This document shows positions 40,900-51,227 of a DNA stretch of 64,000 bases, one piece after another. How positions within the stretch are numbered: position 1 is the first letter of the stretch; every line of letters begins with the position of its first letter. A model generated the notes under the pieces. That model was not told the DNA's origin. It did not search any database and saw only the letters and a list, made by a program, of their open reading frames with translations. The DNA lies in the NCBI GenBank assembly GCA_038321985.1, contig JBBQFN010000001.1:32001-96000 (forward strand), given 5' to 3'. Both the position numbers and the translations under genes were made by a program. Source of the DNA: Cyanophyceae cyanobacterium. GTDB taxonomy: Bacteria > Cyanobacteriota > Cyanobacteriia > Cyanobacteriales > Laspinemataceae.

Positions 40900-41196
40900 A
40901 TGCGATTGATTTTGTACGGAAAACCTGATTGCCACCTCTGCGAGGGATTGCAAGAAAAACTAGAGCAGATTCGGGACTTAAACTTTCAGCTAGAGGTGCG
41001 CGACATTACCACCCAAGCGGATTGGTTCGCCGCCTATGAGTATGAAATCCCCGTTCTGTGTCGCGTGATTACCCCGGACCCCGACTCGGAAATTCCCCTG
41101 AAAGAAGAACCCCTGCCAAGGCCCTCTCCTCGGGCCTCGGTGCAGCAAGTGCAGCAAATGTTACAGCAATACTTTCCGAAAAATGATTCACAATAG
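40900..41196 (+). CDS. glutaredoxin-like protein (DUF836 type)
   Basis: LYGKPDCHLCEGL, VRDI..W...YEYEIPVL; ATG at 40900. Confidence 0.88.
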   Translation: MRLILYGKPDCHLCEGLQEKLEQIRDLNFQLEVRDITTQADWFAAYEYEIPVLCRVITPDPDSEIPLKEEPLPRPSPRASVQQVQQMLQQYFPKNDSQ

Positions 41197-41294
41197 GCGA
41201 AAAATAATGCAAGACGAGAGGGAACGAGGGGTCTACTCTGTTCTCTTCTCCCTTGAATGAACGATCGCCCAACTGCCTGTGAGGAATTAAAACG

Positions 41295-42788
41295 ATGAAG
41301 CTCAAAGCGTTATTACCCAGCATTCTGTTAGAGACCCTTGACAAGGAGGCGCTGGAAATCGAGGTCACGGGTTTAAGTACCAATTCCCATGCGTGCCAAC
41401 CGGGGGATCTCTTTATCGGAATGCCGGGAACCCGTGTGGATGGGGGGGATTTTTGGCCCTCGGCGATCGCAGCGGGTGCAGTGGCAGCATTAGTCAGTCC
41501 CCAAGCGGCACAAAAACACCCCTCCCAATCCGATGCAGTGGTGATTCCGGTGGCTGATATGACCGCTACCTGTGCAAAGGTGGCAGCAGCCTTTTATGGG
41601 GAACCGGGGAAAACACTCAACCTAATCGGGGTAACGGGGACCAACGGCAAAACGACAACGACTCATCTAGTTGAATTTATCCTCCAGAAGGTCCAAAAAC
41701 CCACGGCCCTGTTAGGAACCCTTTACATCCGGTGGCCGGGATTTGAACAGGTAGCGGCCCATACGACCCCCTTTGCGGTGGACCTGAATCACCAGTTAAG
41801 TGATGCAGTTCAGGCGGGATGTGAATTTGGGGTGATGGAAGTCAGTTCCCATTCCTTGGCCCAGGGACGGGTGCAGGGGTTGCCGTTTCAAGTTGGGATT
41901 TTTACGAATTTGACCCAGGACCACCTCGATTTCCACAAAAACATGGAGGATTACTTCGAGGCCAAAGCCAAGCTGTTCAGTGCGGAATATTTGCAAGGTC
42001 GCGGGGTGGTGAATATTGATGATAGCTATGGACAGCGCTTGGCGGAGCGGTTGAGTGGGGAGGCGCTGTGGAGTTATAGCACCCACAATTCCCAGGCGGA
42101 TTTATGGACAAGTGATATCCAGTATGAACCGGCAGGGGTGAAAGGGATACTGCATACGCCGGTGGGTGAGGTGGAGTTTTCCTTGCCCTTGGTGGGACAA
42201 TACAATGTGGAAAATATGCTGGCGGCAGTGGGGGCGGCCCTGCATTTTGGGATTCCCTTAGCGGAGATTGTGGCAGTGTTGCCGGAATTTCCGGGAGTAC
42301 CGGGACGGATGGAACAGGTGCTGATTAAACCGGACCAGGATATTAGCGCGATCGTGGATTATGCACATACGCCGGATAGTTTGGAAAATGTGCTCAAGGC
42401 GACGCGACCCTTTATTTCGGGGAAATTGATTTGTGTATTTGGTTGTGGGGGCGATCGCGATCGCACCAAACGTCCGATTATGGGTAAAATTGCCGCAGAA
42501 CTGGCCGATGTGGTGGTGGTGACTTCGGATAATCCCCGGACTGAAGACCCAGAACAGATTTTAAAGGATGTGGCGGCAGGGATTCCTCAGAACATCTCAG
42601 CGCGGGTGATTGGCGATCGGGCGACGGCGATTCGGACCGCCATCCTAGAAGCAAAACCTGGTGATGGGGTGGTGATTGCCGGTAAAGGCCATGAAGACTA
42701 TCAAATTCTCGGGACCGAAAAAATCCATTTTGATGACCGAGAGCAAGCGCGGGAAGCGTTAAATCAACGGTTTGCGGCGGTGGTTTAA
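41295..42788 (+). CDS. murE: UDP-N-acetylmuramoyl-L-alanyl-D-glutamate--2,6-diaminopimelate ligase
   Basis: GVTGTNGKTT, MEVSSH, DYAHTPD and DNPR (meso-DAP specificity) motifs. Confidence 0.98.
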   Translation: MKLKALLPSILLETLDKEALEIEVTGLSTNSHACQPGDLFIGMPGTRVDGGDFWPSAIAAGAVAALVSPQAAQKHPSQSDAVVIPVADMTATCAKVAAAFYGEPGKTLNLIGVTGTNGKTTTTHLVEFILQKVQKPTALLGTLYIRWPGFEQVAAHTTPFAVDLNHQLSDAVQAGCEFGVMEVSSHSLAQGRVQGLPFQVGIFTNLTQDHLDFHKNMEDYFEAKAKLFSAEYLQGRGVVNIDDSYGQRLAERLSGEALWSYSTHNSQADLWTSDIQYEPAGVKGILHTPVGEVEFSLPLVGQYNVENMLAAVGAALHFGIPLAEIVAVLPEFPGVPGRMEQVLIKPDQDISAIVDYAHTPDSLENVLKATRPFISGKLICVFGCGGDRDRTKRPIMGKIAAELADVVVVTSDNPRTEDPEQILKDVAAGIPQNISARVIGDRATAIRTAILEAKPGDGVVIAGKGHEDYQILGTEKIHFDDREQAREALNQRFAAVV

Positions 42789-42938
42789 CAGTTTCTGGGA
42801 CCGGGAGAGTGACCCGGTTCGGTTGTTTTTGGCAAAAATGCAGTGAAAGTCTAATTTTTGCTGCATTTTAGTCGATTCAGTCTGAACGCCTTCCCCAAAA
42901 GACATCAAAGGAGGGGACTGGAGGTGGATTGAGTGTTT

Positions 42939-42964
42939 AAAGCGCCTGTAATAGGGCGCTTTTT
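42939..42964 (+). terminator. Rho-independent terminator after murE
   Basis: AAAGCGCC pairs with GGCGCTTT, ending in a T-run. Confidence 0.7.
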
Positions 42965-43414
42965 GCGTAGGATTACGAATGCAAAATCTAGGACTTTAAC
43001 TTTAAAATAGAATTACCCTTGGTCATTCAAATAACTATCTTCCCGGATTAAGGGAAAATAAAAAGACTTAAAAGGGTTTTAGTAGACCCTGTTTTCTATA
43101 CCCCACTCTATCTTTTGCCCATTTAGGGAGGAGATGGAGAGCGGTAATTGAGCTAGGTCAATCTACTAAGGGGGCGAAGCTATTTGAATAATCAGGGTGT
43201 TTAAATTCAATAAATGGTGGCTCGGACTCTTGAAAAATTTTGGAAATCTAAACAAAAGTGACGTTTAGGCCAATGTACTTATTCCCACCGTTGTAGGGGT
43301 GATGATCAATATGCAACATCAGCCCGAAACGGGGAAGTGCATTAACTTGCTGGCGTCGGATTTCCTCCCCTGGGTGAAGTACAGGGATTTGCCAACTCGC
43401 GGACACTTGAGAAG

Positions 43415-45115
43415 ATGAATTTATCAACAGATCAGGATGTGTCTCTTTATGATTGCGCCCTCAGTGCGATCGCACCGCCTCATCCTTTGCAAGTTTCTTA
43501 CCCATCTTTTAAGGGCATGGTGGGGGGTGTATTTGACCTGCTGATCGAACAAAAAATCCCAGCAACGTTGTGGGTTAAACTTCCAGATTGGTGTGAATGG
43601 CAGGTAGATCTCGATCGCTATCGACATCTGCTCGGTGGGGCAAATCCAGTCTATATCCTCAACCCGACGCAGGCGGAGGATATTCAACAGACTGGGGATA
43701 AAGATATTTTAGAGGGGAAAGAAGCAACCGGAGAGAGAAAGGAGTTATATTCCCGACAGAGGTACAGCTTTTTTCAAGCGCGATCGCGGGATAAACGCAA
43801 CAGCTTCGACAGCAGCAATCTTCATCGTCACACCCCTCCATATAACGCACCTTTAACCTGCGGCATTGATGAGAATTCCCTGATTAGCGATGAGGGGACT
43901 ATTTTAATGCCGACGAAAACGACCTTACCCTTATGCTCTATTCACTTAGTTTTGAATAGCCAACTGAATAATGAATATTTTCTAATCGTACTCTCGCCGA
44001 GACTATCGGTGGCAATTTTGGCCGATAGCCCCCATACCCGAGCGATCGCCCTGCATCCTCATCGGGAATCTAATCCGACTAAAACCCTAGTCGCCCTTTA
44101 TTCCTTGGACCAACAGACGATTCAACTGGTCCTGGATGGATTGAAAGAATCGGTTAGCAAAGGGCGATGTCAGAGTGATCAGGTTTCTGAAAAAAATAAT
44201 GCCTTGATAGAAACCGATGGGCGAGTTTGTGAGAATTTACTTGAAAATTGGGATATCGCCTTTGGTAACCTCAAACTCACTACCCCTGACCCCCTGTTGT
44301 TGGGGCATTTATTTAGCAAGCAACTCCAGCGACTGGAACAACAGGGGCAAAAACCGCTAGGGGAGGGACAACAGGCGGCCCTGGAACGACAAAATCAAGA
44401 ACTGCTTAATGCTTTAGGGTTTAAAGATGAGTTTCTGAATAAGATTGGGCAGGAACTGCGTACACCCTTAACAAATATGAAAACGGCCCTGAGTCTATTG
44501 GATTCGCCCAAACTGAAACCGGCGCAACGAGAACGATATAGTACGCTGCTGCATCAGTCTTGCGATCGCCAAAGTGCCTTAATCGACGGATTTTTAGAAC
44601 TGGTGCGTCTAGAAAGCGAGGTGGATCGGGCGAAAATGCAGGGAATGCGTTTGGGGGATCTCGTCCCTGGAATTGTGAGTACCTATCAGCCGATCGCCCA
44701 GGAAAAAGGAGTGTTACTCGCCTACACCCTCCGCAGCACCTTACCCCCAATTTCTTGTACCCCTGAATGGCTCAAAAAAATTGTGCTTAATTTGCTTCAA
44801 AATGCGATTAAATTCACGGGTCCAGGGGGGGAAGTTTGGGTGAGATCCAAGCAACAAGGGGACTACGTTCAACTCGAATTTCGCGACACGGGGATCGGGA
44901 TTCCCCCTGGGGAAATTCCTAAAATTTTTGAAGCCTTTTATCGGGGCCGTCAATCTATTAATGAAGATATGGAAGGGGCGGGACTGGGGTTAACCATTGT
45001 TCACCAACTTTTACTTCATTCCGGGGGGTCAATTACGGTTAAAAGCCGCGTAGGAAGGGGTTCTGTGTTTAGCATCCTTTTACCAATTTACGATGAAAAT
45101 GAGCGGTATTGGTAA
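43415..45115 (+). CDS. DICT-like sensor histidine kinase homolog lacking the phosphoacceptor His
   Basis: H-box reads IGQELRTPL; intact N (NLLQNAIKF), G1 (DTGIG), F (IFEAF) and G2 (GAGLGL) boxes; N-terminal LWVKLP / EYFLIVLSP DICT-like segments. Confidence 0.85.
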   Translation: MNLSTDQDVSLYDCALSAIAPPHPLQVSYPSFKGMVGGVFDLLIEQKIPATLWVKLPDWCEWQVDLDRYRHLLGGANPVYILNPTQAEDIQQTGDKDILEGKEATGERKELYSRQRYSFFQARSRDKRNSFDSSNLHRHTPPYNAPLTCGIDENSLISDEGTILMPTKTTLPLCSIHLVLNSQLNNEYFLIVLSPRLSVAILADSPHTRAIALHPHRESNPTKTLVALYSLDQQTIQLVLDGLKESVSKGRCQSDQVSEKNNALIETDGRVCENLLENWDIAFGNLKLTTPDPLLLGHLFSKQLQRLEQQGQKPLGEGQQAALERQNQELLNALGFKDEFLNKIGQELRTPLTNMKTALSLLDSPKLKPAQRERYSTLLHQSCDRQSALIDGFLELVRLESEVDRAKMQGMRLGDLVPGIVSTYQPIAQEKGVLLAYTLRSTLPPISCTPEWLKKIVLNLLQNAIKFTGPGGEVWVRSKQQGDYVQLEFRDTGIGIPPGEIPKIFEAFYRGRQSINEDMEGAGLGLTIVHQLLLHSGGSITVKSRVGRGSVFSILLPIYDENERYW

Positions 45116-45193
45116 TAAAAAATCCGGCTTTTCTAGGCCGGACTTTTTATTAAGGGGAGAATCCCTTTACTCCCTGACTCAATACCTGGGCGC

Positions 45194-47005
45194 TTACCCC
45201 CTCATTTCCAGGGGTAAGAAGATGGTGAGGACTTGCCCATGTTGTTGACGGTTGCGGACAATTAGTTTGCCTCCTAGGGCTTGAAATAGGTTTTTAGTGA
45301 CGCTCAAGTTGAGACTAAGGTTACCTGTTTCCGGCTGAAACATCAGCATTTGACCCAGAGATTTAAGGGTATTATGGGTACCGGAAACCGCAGTTTCTGG
45401 GTTGACGGAGGCCCGGGCTTGGGAGTGGAGTTCTACCTTCAATTGATGACCCGCGAGGGAAATTTCTACCCGGAGTTTGCCTCCGGCGGGTAAGCTTGAG
45501 GTGAAGTTGTCGATCGCCCCGGTGAGGACCTGATCCAGGAGGGAGGGGTCGCTGACCACGGAGGGCATTTTTTGGGGCAGAATTACATCTAAGGTGAGGT
45601 TGCGTCGGCTGGCTTGTTTTTCCCAACGCGGGATACAACTCTTTAAAACGTCGGTAAGGGAGGTGGAAGTGAGGTGCATCGGCGCTTGTGCATCCTTGGT
45701 GGTTTCCAATTCAACGGCCCGGAAAAACAAACCAAAGCGGTCGATTTGCTCGCTACATTCGCGATCAATGGCTTCTAAGCGTTTGAGAATGTCGGGCTCA
45801 AGATGACGGCGTTTGAGCAAGAGTCGGGTGAGGGTGCGGATGGTGGCGAGGGGGGTTCTAACCTCGTGAGCGATCGCCTGTAATAATTCCACATCCAAGG
45901 CGGGGGCTTGGTTTCTGACGTTCTTACTGGCTGCATCCCGGAGTTCATCTAATTGCTTATCAATCCGAGGTTTACGGGAATTGGCAGTTTTGGCAGCCGC
46001 CCTGCTTTCCACAGACTGTGCGCCTTTTGAACGTTGGGATTTGGCGATCGCCGGTTCCGGATTGCTGACGGCAGTTCGGGAGGTGGAGACGCGATAATTC
46101 CCCTCTGTACGCGATAATTCCCAGGCTGTCTCTGCCTCTGGGGTGGGGCAGTCGCTTTGAGTGCCATAATCAGGACCGCATTGGGGTAATGCGCGCATGG
46201 AGGGACCCCACCCCGTCCAATCAGCGGCGAATGACTCCATTTCATACAGCATTTCCCGATCAAGTTGTAGGGGTTCGGGGAGATATTCCAGAAGCTGCTG
46301 GGTAAAGTGACAGACAATTTTGTAGTCTGGGGTCGCCCTGGGTTTAAACCGTTGGAACGTCTCGTCTAAAGTCGAAATAGCGGTTTGATTTTTGAACGGC
46401 AGCAGGCGCGATCGCAACCCTTGCCACACTAAGGCGATCGCCTCGGGATCAAAGGAAAACTGAAATGCCGGTTGGCCCTGGGCGTTTAATCCCACCACCA
46501 TGACGAGGCTAAACCGCGCCGTCAACACCAAACAAAATTGTTCTCGGGCGAGGGGGTCTCCCGTTAGCAGGGGTAAAATGGTCGGGTTGGGAGAGTCTGA
46601 ACCCGGGTCAGTGGGAGAGGGGAATCCGGAGGAGGGTAACCAAGCCGCAGACTGGTGGACAGCGGCAAAGGTCCAGGTAGAGAACCGTTCTAAGTGGGTG
46701 GGTTGAGTTAAAACGGGGACGGGACCGGATAAGACTAAGCCTTTGTCCCCTGTCAGATTGGGGAGATCAGCGCCCTCGCCTGCCAGTTCGCAGTCGAGGA
46801 GATCACTTAGGGAGGCGATCGCCCCTTGCCATTGGCGATCGGCCCGAATTCGTCGCAACCACACCGCTGCACCATCGCTATGGGTCGTTACCGGGCGATC
46901 GCCGGGATTTTCCCGGATTGATCCCTCGTCTAAAGGGGGAGAATTTCCCTCCCTCCCCGCTTGTGATAAAACTTCGCTAATCGTTGGTAACACCCACTTG
47001 TACAC
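45194..47005 (-). CDS. Hik34-like cytoplasmic histidine kinase with a degenerate ATPase domain
   Basis: AHEVRTPLATIRT H-box; C-terminal LMFQPETGNLSLNL in place of the G boxes; no TM helices; Hik34 assignment is from memory. Confidence 0.8.
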   Translation of the reverse strand: MYKWVLPTISEVLSQAGREGNSPPLDEGSIRENPGDRPVTTHSDGAAVWLRRIRADRQWQGAIASLSDLLDCELAGEGADLPNLTGDKGLVLSGPVPVLTQPTHLERFSTWTFAAVHQSAAWLPSSGFPSPTDPGSDSPNPTILPLLTGDPLAREQFCLVLTARFSLVMVVGLNAQGQPAFQFSFDPEAIALVWQGLRSRLLPFKNQTAISTLDETFQRFKPRATPDYKIVCHFTQQLLEYLPEPLQLDREMLYEMESFAADWTGWGPSMRALPQCGPDYGTQSDCPTPEAETAWELSRTEGNYRVSTSRTAVSNPEPAIAKSQRSKGAQSVESRAAAKTANSRKPRIDKQLDELRDAASKNVRNQAPALDVELLQAIAHEVRTPLATIRTLTRLLLKRRHLEPDILKRLEAIDRECSEQIDRFGLFFRAVELETTKDAQAPMHLTSTSLTDVLKSCIPRWEKQASRRNLTLDVILPQKMPSVVSDPSLLDQVLTGAIDNFTSSLPAGGKLRVEISLAGHQLKVELHSQARASVNPETAVSGTHNTLKSLGQMLMFQPETGNLSLNLSVTKNLFQALGGKLIVRNRQQHGQVLTIFLPLEMRG

Positions 47006-47209
47006 AGAAATATCCCTCTCTACACTTCACTGGTTTAAATCATTAATTTTCAATAATTGAGCAAGAATTTGTGATGTAAAACTTGCTACAAACGCTTTAA
47101 TCTAAATTCAACTGAAAACAAGATACTACTAGCCTATCTGGATCTATCCCATAAAAACATTCGTAGAACCGAACAAATCAGTCGCAATCACCGCAGAAAA
47201 TAGGGAGGG

Positions 47210-47245
47210 TCACCCCCCAAACCCGATTTCGGGTTTGGGGGGTGA
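47210..47245. repeat. perfect inverted repeat with 17-bp arms
   Basis: TCACCCCCCAAACCCGA-TT-TCGGGTTTGGGGGGTGA. Confidence 0.9.
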
Positions 47246-47366
47246 GTCGATCAGGGTCAAGCCCGTTTAGGTAAAACCGAATCACCCCAACCCAGTTGGT
47301 CCGAATGATTGAGGCCCGCTATAGTAGAAAGTATCAATCATTTGCTTTGGAACTCGCCTCCTAACC

Positions 47367-48764
47367 ATGTCTACTTTGCTCGCTGATGCGAAAAACTTAT
47401 TAGCTGAACTGATTTCTCGTTATGCCTCCCGGGTTGATTATTTAGCAATTCGCCTAGAAGAAGCTGAAGGTACTGATATCTTTTTGCGTGGGGAAAAAAT
47501 TGAAACCCTAAGTGAGGGAGTCTCAATTGGGGGACAAGTCCGGGCTTGTTATCAAGGCGGATGGGGCTTTGCCAGCTTTAATCAACTCGCGGGACTGACA
47601 GAACGGATTGAGGAAGCTATTGCTGCGGCGCGATTAGTCGGGGATGAAGAAACGATTTTAGCCCCTGTGGACCCGGTACAAATTACCTGTAAACTTTTAC
47701 TCACCGGCACTGACCCTAGACAGATTCCCATTATTGAAAAGAAGAGATTGTGCGATCGCTATACGGATATTCTCCGTCAAGTTGACCCGCGCATCGCCAC
47801 AACTTCCGTTCGCTACAGCGACAGCGCCCAACGTATCCTCCTGTTCACCTCTGAAGGCACAATCTTAGAACAGTCTTGGGTGGATATGGAAATGCGGTTT
47901 GCCGCCACCGCCCGCAATGGGGAAACCGTCCAAACCGGGCGGGAAACCACGGGGTCCCGGAAATCTTACGAAGATTTAATCCAGCTTGACCCCCAAGTGC
48001 GCGGTGCTGCCCAAAGGGCAGTGGATGCCCTTTCTCTTCCTCCGGTTAAAGGTAACACCTATACGGTGGTTATTGACCCCATTTTGACGGGGTTATTTGT
48101 TCATGAAGCCTTCGGACATCTTTCGGAAGCAGATATGGCATATGAAAACCCCGATTTGCTGGAAGTGATGACTCTAGGACGGCGTTTTGGTCCCGAAGAT
48201 TTGCAAATCTTTGATGGGGCTGCACCTGAAGGACATCGGGGCAGTTACCTATATGATGATGAAGGCACCCCCGCTACGACTACTCAGTTAATTAAAGATG
48301 GGGTACTCGTCGGACGCCTTCACTCCCGAGAAACTGCCGGAAAACTAGAGGAAACTGCCACGGGAAATGCCCGTTGTCTCAATTACCATTATCCGCCCAT
48401 AGTCCGCATGACTAACACGTGGATTGAACGCGGCAAGACTCCGGTTCCGGATTTATTTACGGATATTAAAGATGGGGTTTATGCGCGCAATTGGCTAGGA
48501 GGAATGACGAACGGGGAAATGTTTACATTCAGTGCTGGGGAAGCCTGGATGATTAGAAATGGGGAATTAGCCGAACCTGTAAGAGATGTGACTCTTTCGG
48601 GTAATGTGTTTAGCACATTAGGGGATATTGAGGCGATCGGGGATGATTTCTACTGGGATGAATCCGGCGGTTGCGGCAAAGGTGGACAAAATGGCTTACC
48701 TGTCGGCTGTGGCGGTCCTAGTCTTAGAATTCGTAATGTGATTGTTGGGGGTGAGTCAGCGTAA
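47367..48764 (+). CDS. tldD: TldD/PmbA family metalloprotease (TldD-type)
   Basis: HEAFGHLSEAD HExxxH motif, YDDEG, TGNAR, RMTNT and GCGKGGQ motifs. Confidence 0.92.
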   Translation: MSTLLADAKNLLAELISRYASRVDYLAIRLEEAEGTDIFLRGEKIETLSEGVSIGGQVRACYQGGWGFASFNQLAGLTERIEEAIAAARLVGDEETILAPVDPVQITCKLLLTGTDPRQIPIIEKKRLCDRYTDILRQVDPRIATTSVRYSDSAQRILLFTSEGTILEQSWVDMEMRFAATARNGETVQTGRETTGSRKSYEDLIQLDPQVRGAAQRAVDALSLPPVKGNTYTVVIDPILTGLFVHEAFGHLSEADMAYENPDLLEVMTLGRRFGPEDLQIFDGAAPEGHRGSYLYDDEGTPATTTQLIKDGVLVGRLHSRETAGKLEETATGNARCLNYHYPPIVRMTNTWIERGKTPVPDLFTDIKDGVYARNWLGGMTNGEMFTFSAGEAWMIRNGELAEPVRDVTLSGNVFSTLGDIEAIGDDFYWDESGGCGKGGQNGLPVGCGGPSLRIRNVIVGGESA

Positions 48765-49028
48765 GCTGAAAGGGAATTTAGGGGGCGTGGTGAGAGTTTA
48801 ACTCACAGACTTGTTGCAGAATTGTAAAAAGCCCCCTTGTCAAGGGGCGATCGCTCATCGAATGAAAGCAAAAGGTCTAATGCTTTGATTTAAAAATTTG
48901 GATTCGGACGCAGCCTCCCCCTGTCCGTAAAATCCCAAATGTAGGGATTGCCAAGTCATATTTTAAGTGCGTCAATTCCCCCTCTTATTGCTTTCATCCC
49001 TGGGCGATCGCTGTGACCCATTCTATCC

Positions 49029-50477
49029 CTACTGGACGGAGGGTAGGGAGGAAGGTTCTCCAGGTTGGTAGAGGTTTTCCATTTCCGCCAGGGTAGCTTC
49101 CGGGTCGCTATTGCTGGATTTTATGATATAATTGAGTTTCACTTCTTCTAAGAAATCGGTGAGTAAATTTTGGATTTCTTCTTGGGTTTTGCGATCGCCT
49201 AGGGCTTTGCGAAAGGCTTGATTGAATTCCTGACTGAGGCGATCAAATAGCACTCGTCCTTCTACATCGGCATAAGAAGTTTCCAAAACTGTTACGGTCG
49301 TTTGGGCTAAGTTAGATGCCATTTGTTCTGTAAAATCCCGGGGGAAACTCCCAAATCCCGGTAATGCTTTGAGGCTTTGATAAACTCCGGAGTCTTTAAA
49401 TGCTCCTTCTATACTGTGATGGAGAACGGCTTCTAATTCCGGCTTAATTTGCGGTAAAACTTTGTAGATAGTTAATTCCAAGAGGCGGTCCGTAATCACT
49501 TCAATTTCATTGACATTATTAAGGTCGATTGCCGGTTCGGGATTCAAAAAGGATTGGGCGGCGGTTCCTTCTCGAATGGAATCTTGGGCTTGATTAATAA
49601 AGCGAACCATCACAAATCGAGCAAGGCGATCGGCTAATTTGGCGGCGGGTTCGTGGGTCATCTGCACTAAGATCCGATCAAAATTTAATAGCTGACTCTG
49701 TTGCAGTCTCACCGCAACGGGAATCACCCGCAATCCTCTCCAAAAGGGTAAAAATAGTAAAACATCATACCAGCGTCGTAACATCGCATCCACCCAGCGC
49801 AAACCGGGAATGCGGCGATGCATAAAAAAGGTATGAATTAGAAATTCTAATCCAAACAGGCACATAAAGAAAATATCAATTCGCCAAAACTCATCAATAA
49901 CTTGCCCAATTTCATCTACATTCCGGAAATAGTTACTGGAAATTAACGGCTCAATTTGGGATTTGAAAAAATTAAGTTCTTGGGTTAAATCGTGGGTTCC
50001 TAAATAGTTAGCACTCCAAAATGTTATAAAAGCTGGATGGGCGTATTCCATGCCGATATGTTGACGCATTCGCCGTTGAATCTTGGCAAACGTGCCGAAC
50101 TTACCCGCCGCCATGAATGGGTTTTCATTCAGCATCACATCGCTTTGTTGACGTAAAGACTCCAGCAAGTTCTCCACTGGACTAGAGGTGAGAAAACTTT
50201 GCGGCTGTTGCAGTTCAAAAACTAATTGATTGACTGTTTCCCGGTATTTTTCCGTTTCGGGATGGGGTTCAATTCCTTTGATTTGATCATAAGCCCTAAC
50301 TATCGGGGTAAATTCCCGAAAATAGAGATCGCGCAGGGGAATATAAGAGTAATCAAACCCAATCAGCACGAAATTGATAACGGCGAGAATCGCCATAAAT
50401 TTTTTAAACCCGTTAATGGGTCCCCCGTTATGGGGTGACACTTCTGGGTTAGCTGTTTTTATCACTTGCATTTTCAA
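49029..50477 (-). CDS. hypothetical membrane protein
   Basis: 482-aa ORF with TM segments (FDYSYIPLRD; WYDVLLFLPFWRGLRVIP) and a helical C-terminus; start may be ATG at 50471. Confidence 0.78.
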   Translation of the reverse strand: MKMQVIKTANPEVSPHNGGPINGFKKFMAILAVINFVLIGFDYSYIPLRDLYFREFTPIVRAYDQIKGIEPHPETEKYRETVNQLVFELQQPQSFLTSSPVENLLESLRQQSDVMLNENPFMAAGKFGTFAKIQRRMRQHIGMEYAHPAFITFWSANYLGTHDLTQELNFFKSQIEPLISSNYFRNVDEIGQVIDEFWRIDIFFMCLFGLEFLIHTFFMHRRIPGLRWVDAMLRRWYDVLLFLPFWRGLRVIPVAVRLQQSQLLNFDRILVQMTHEPAAKLADRLARFVMVRFINQAQDSIREGTAAQSFLNPEPAIDLNNVNEIEVITDRLLELTIYKVLPQIKPELEAVLHHSIEGAFKDSGVYQSLKALPGFGSFPRDFTEQMASNLAQTTVTVLETSYADVEGRVLFDRLSQEFNQAFRKALGDRKTQEEIQNLLTDFLEEVKLNYIIKSSNSDPEATLAEMENLYQPGEPSSLPSVQ

Positions 50478-50518
50478 GACAGATGTTAAGTTAGAAATAA
50501 GATTACCCTGGTAGGGGT

Positions 50519-51127
50519 TTACTTCCTATTGTGTCTATCCTGTATCAAAGCGACATCTATCTGTTGGATGAGGTGCTCTACGGAGGAGGAGTTATCTAAA
50601 ACTACATCAGCGCGATCGCACTTTTGTTGTAAGGGCATCTGACTGTTAATCCTAGCCTGAGCTTGGTCTACCGTCAATCCGTCTCGTTCCATCAATCGTT
50701 GAATCTGGCGATCGCTTGAACAAGACACCACCCAAATTTCTGTTACTAAATCCGTCATTTGTGCTTCAAATAACAACGGAATCACTAACACAACGGTAGA
50801 CTGTTCCGGCAATGCTTCTATCTCTCGAACGAAGCGATCGCGCACCTGGGGATGAATTTGTGCCTCTAACCACTGTTTTTCTAGGGGTTGATTAAAGATA
50901 ATTTCCCCCAATTTCGAGCGATTCAAGCGGCGATCGGCTAGCAGCAATTCATTCCCATAACGGTTAATAATTTTTTTTAATATTTCTGAACCCCGGCTGA
51001 CTGTTTCGCGGGCATAAATATCTGCATCCAAAATAGGTAATTTATGCTGAATTTTTAAATAATTAGAAACAGTAGTTTTACCTGTGGCGATTCCACCCGT
51101 CAATCCAATTTGACGTTTATTTATCAT
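50519..51127 (-). CDS. coaE: dephospho-CoA kinase
   Basis: IGLTGGIATGKTTV, LDAD, IHP, PLLFE and RINSQ motifs. Confidence 0.97.
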   Translation of the reverse strand: MINKRQIGLTGGIATGKTTVSNYLKIQHKLPILDADIYARETVSRGSEILKKIINRYGNELLLADRRLNRSKLGEIIFNQPLEKQWLEAQIHPQVRDRFVREIEALPEQSTVVLVIPLLFEAQMTDLVTEIWVVSCSSDRQIQRLMERDGLTVDQAQARINSQMPLQQKCDRADVVLDNSSSVEHLIQQIDVALIQDRHNRK

Positions 51128-51184
51128 AATAATATTAATTATCTACCAGAGTTTTTTGTAAAAACTTCGTGCCATTCTTTGTAT

Positions 51185-51218
51185 GTTCGTAGTAACGATT
51201 TAAATCGTTACTACGAAC
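51185..51218. repeat. perfect 34-bp palindrome (short dispersed repeat family)
   Basis: GTTCGTAGTAACGATTT|AAATCGTTACTACGAAC. Confidence 0.92.
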
Positions 51219-51227
51219 GGGGACAAG

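Noticed and set aside
47367..48764. TldD as part of a RiPP cluster
   Set aside because: No precursor peptide, YcaO/radical SAM enzyme or transporter nearby.
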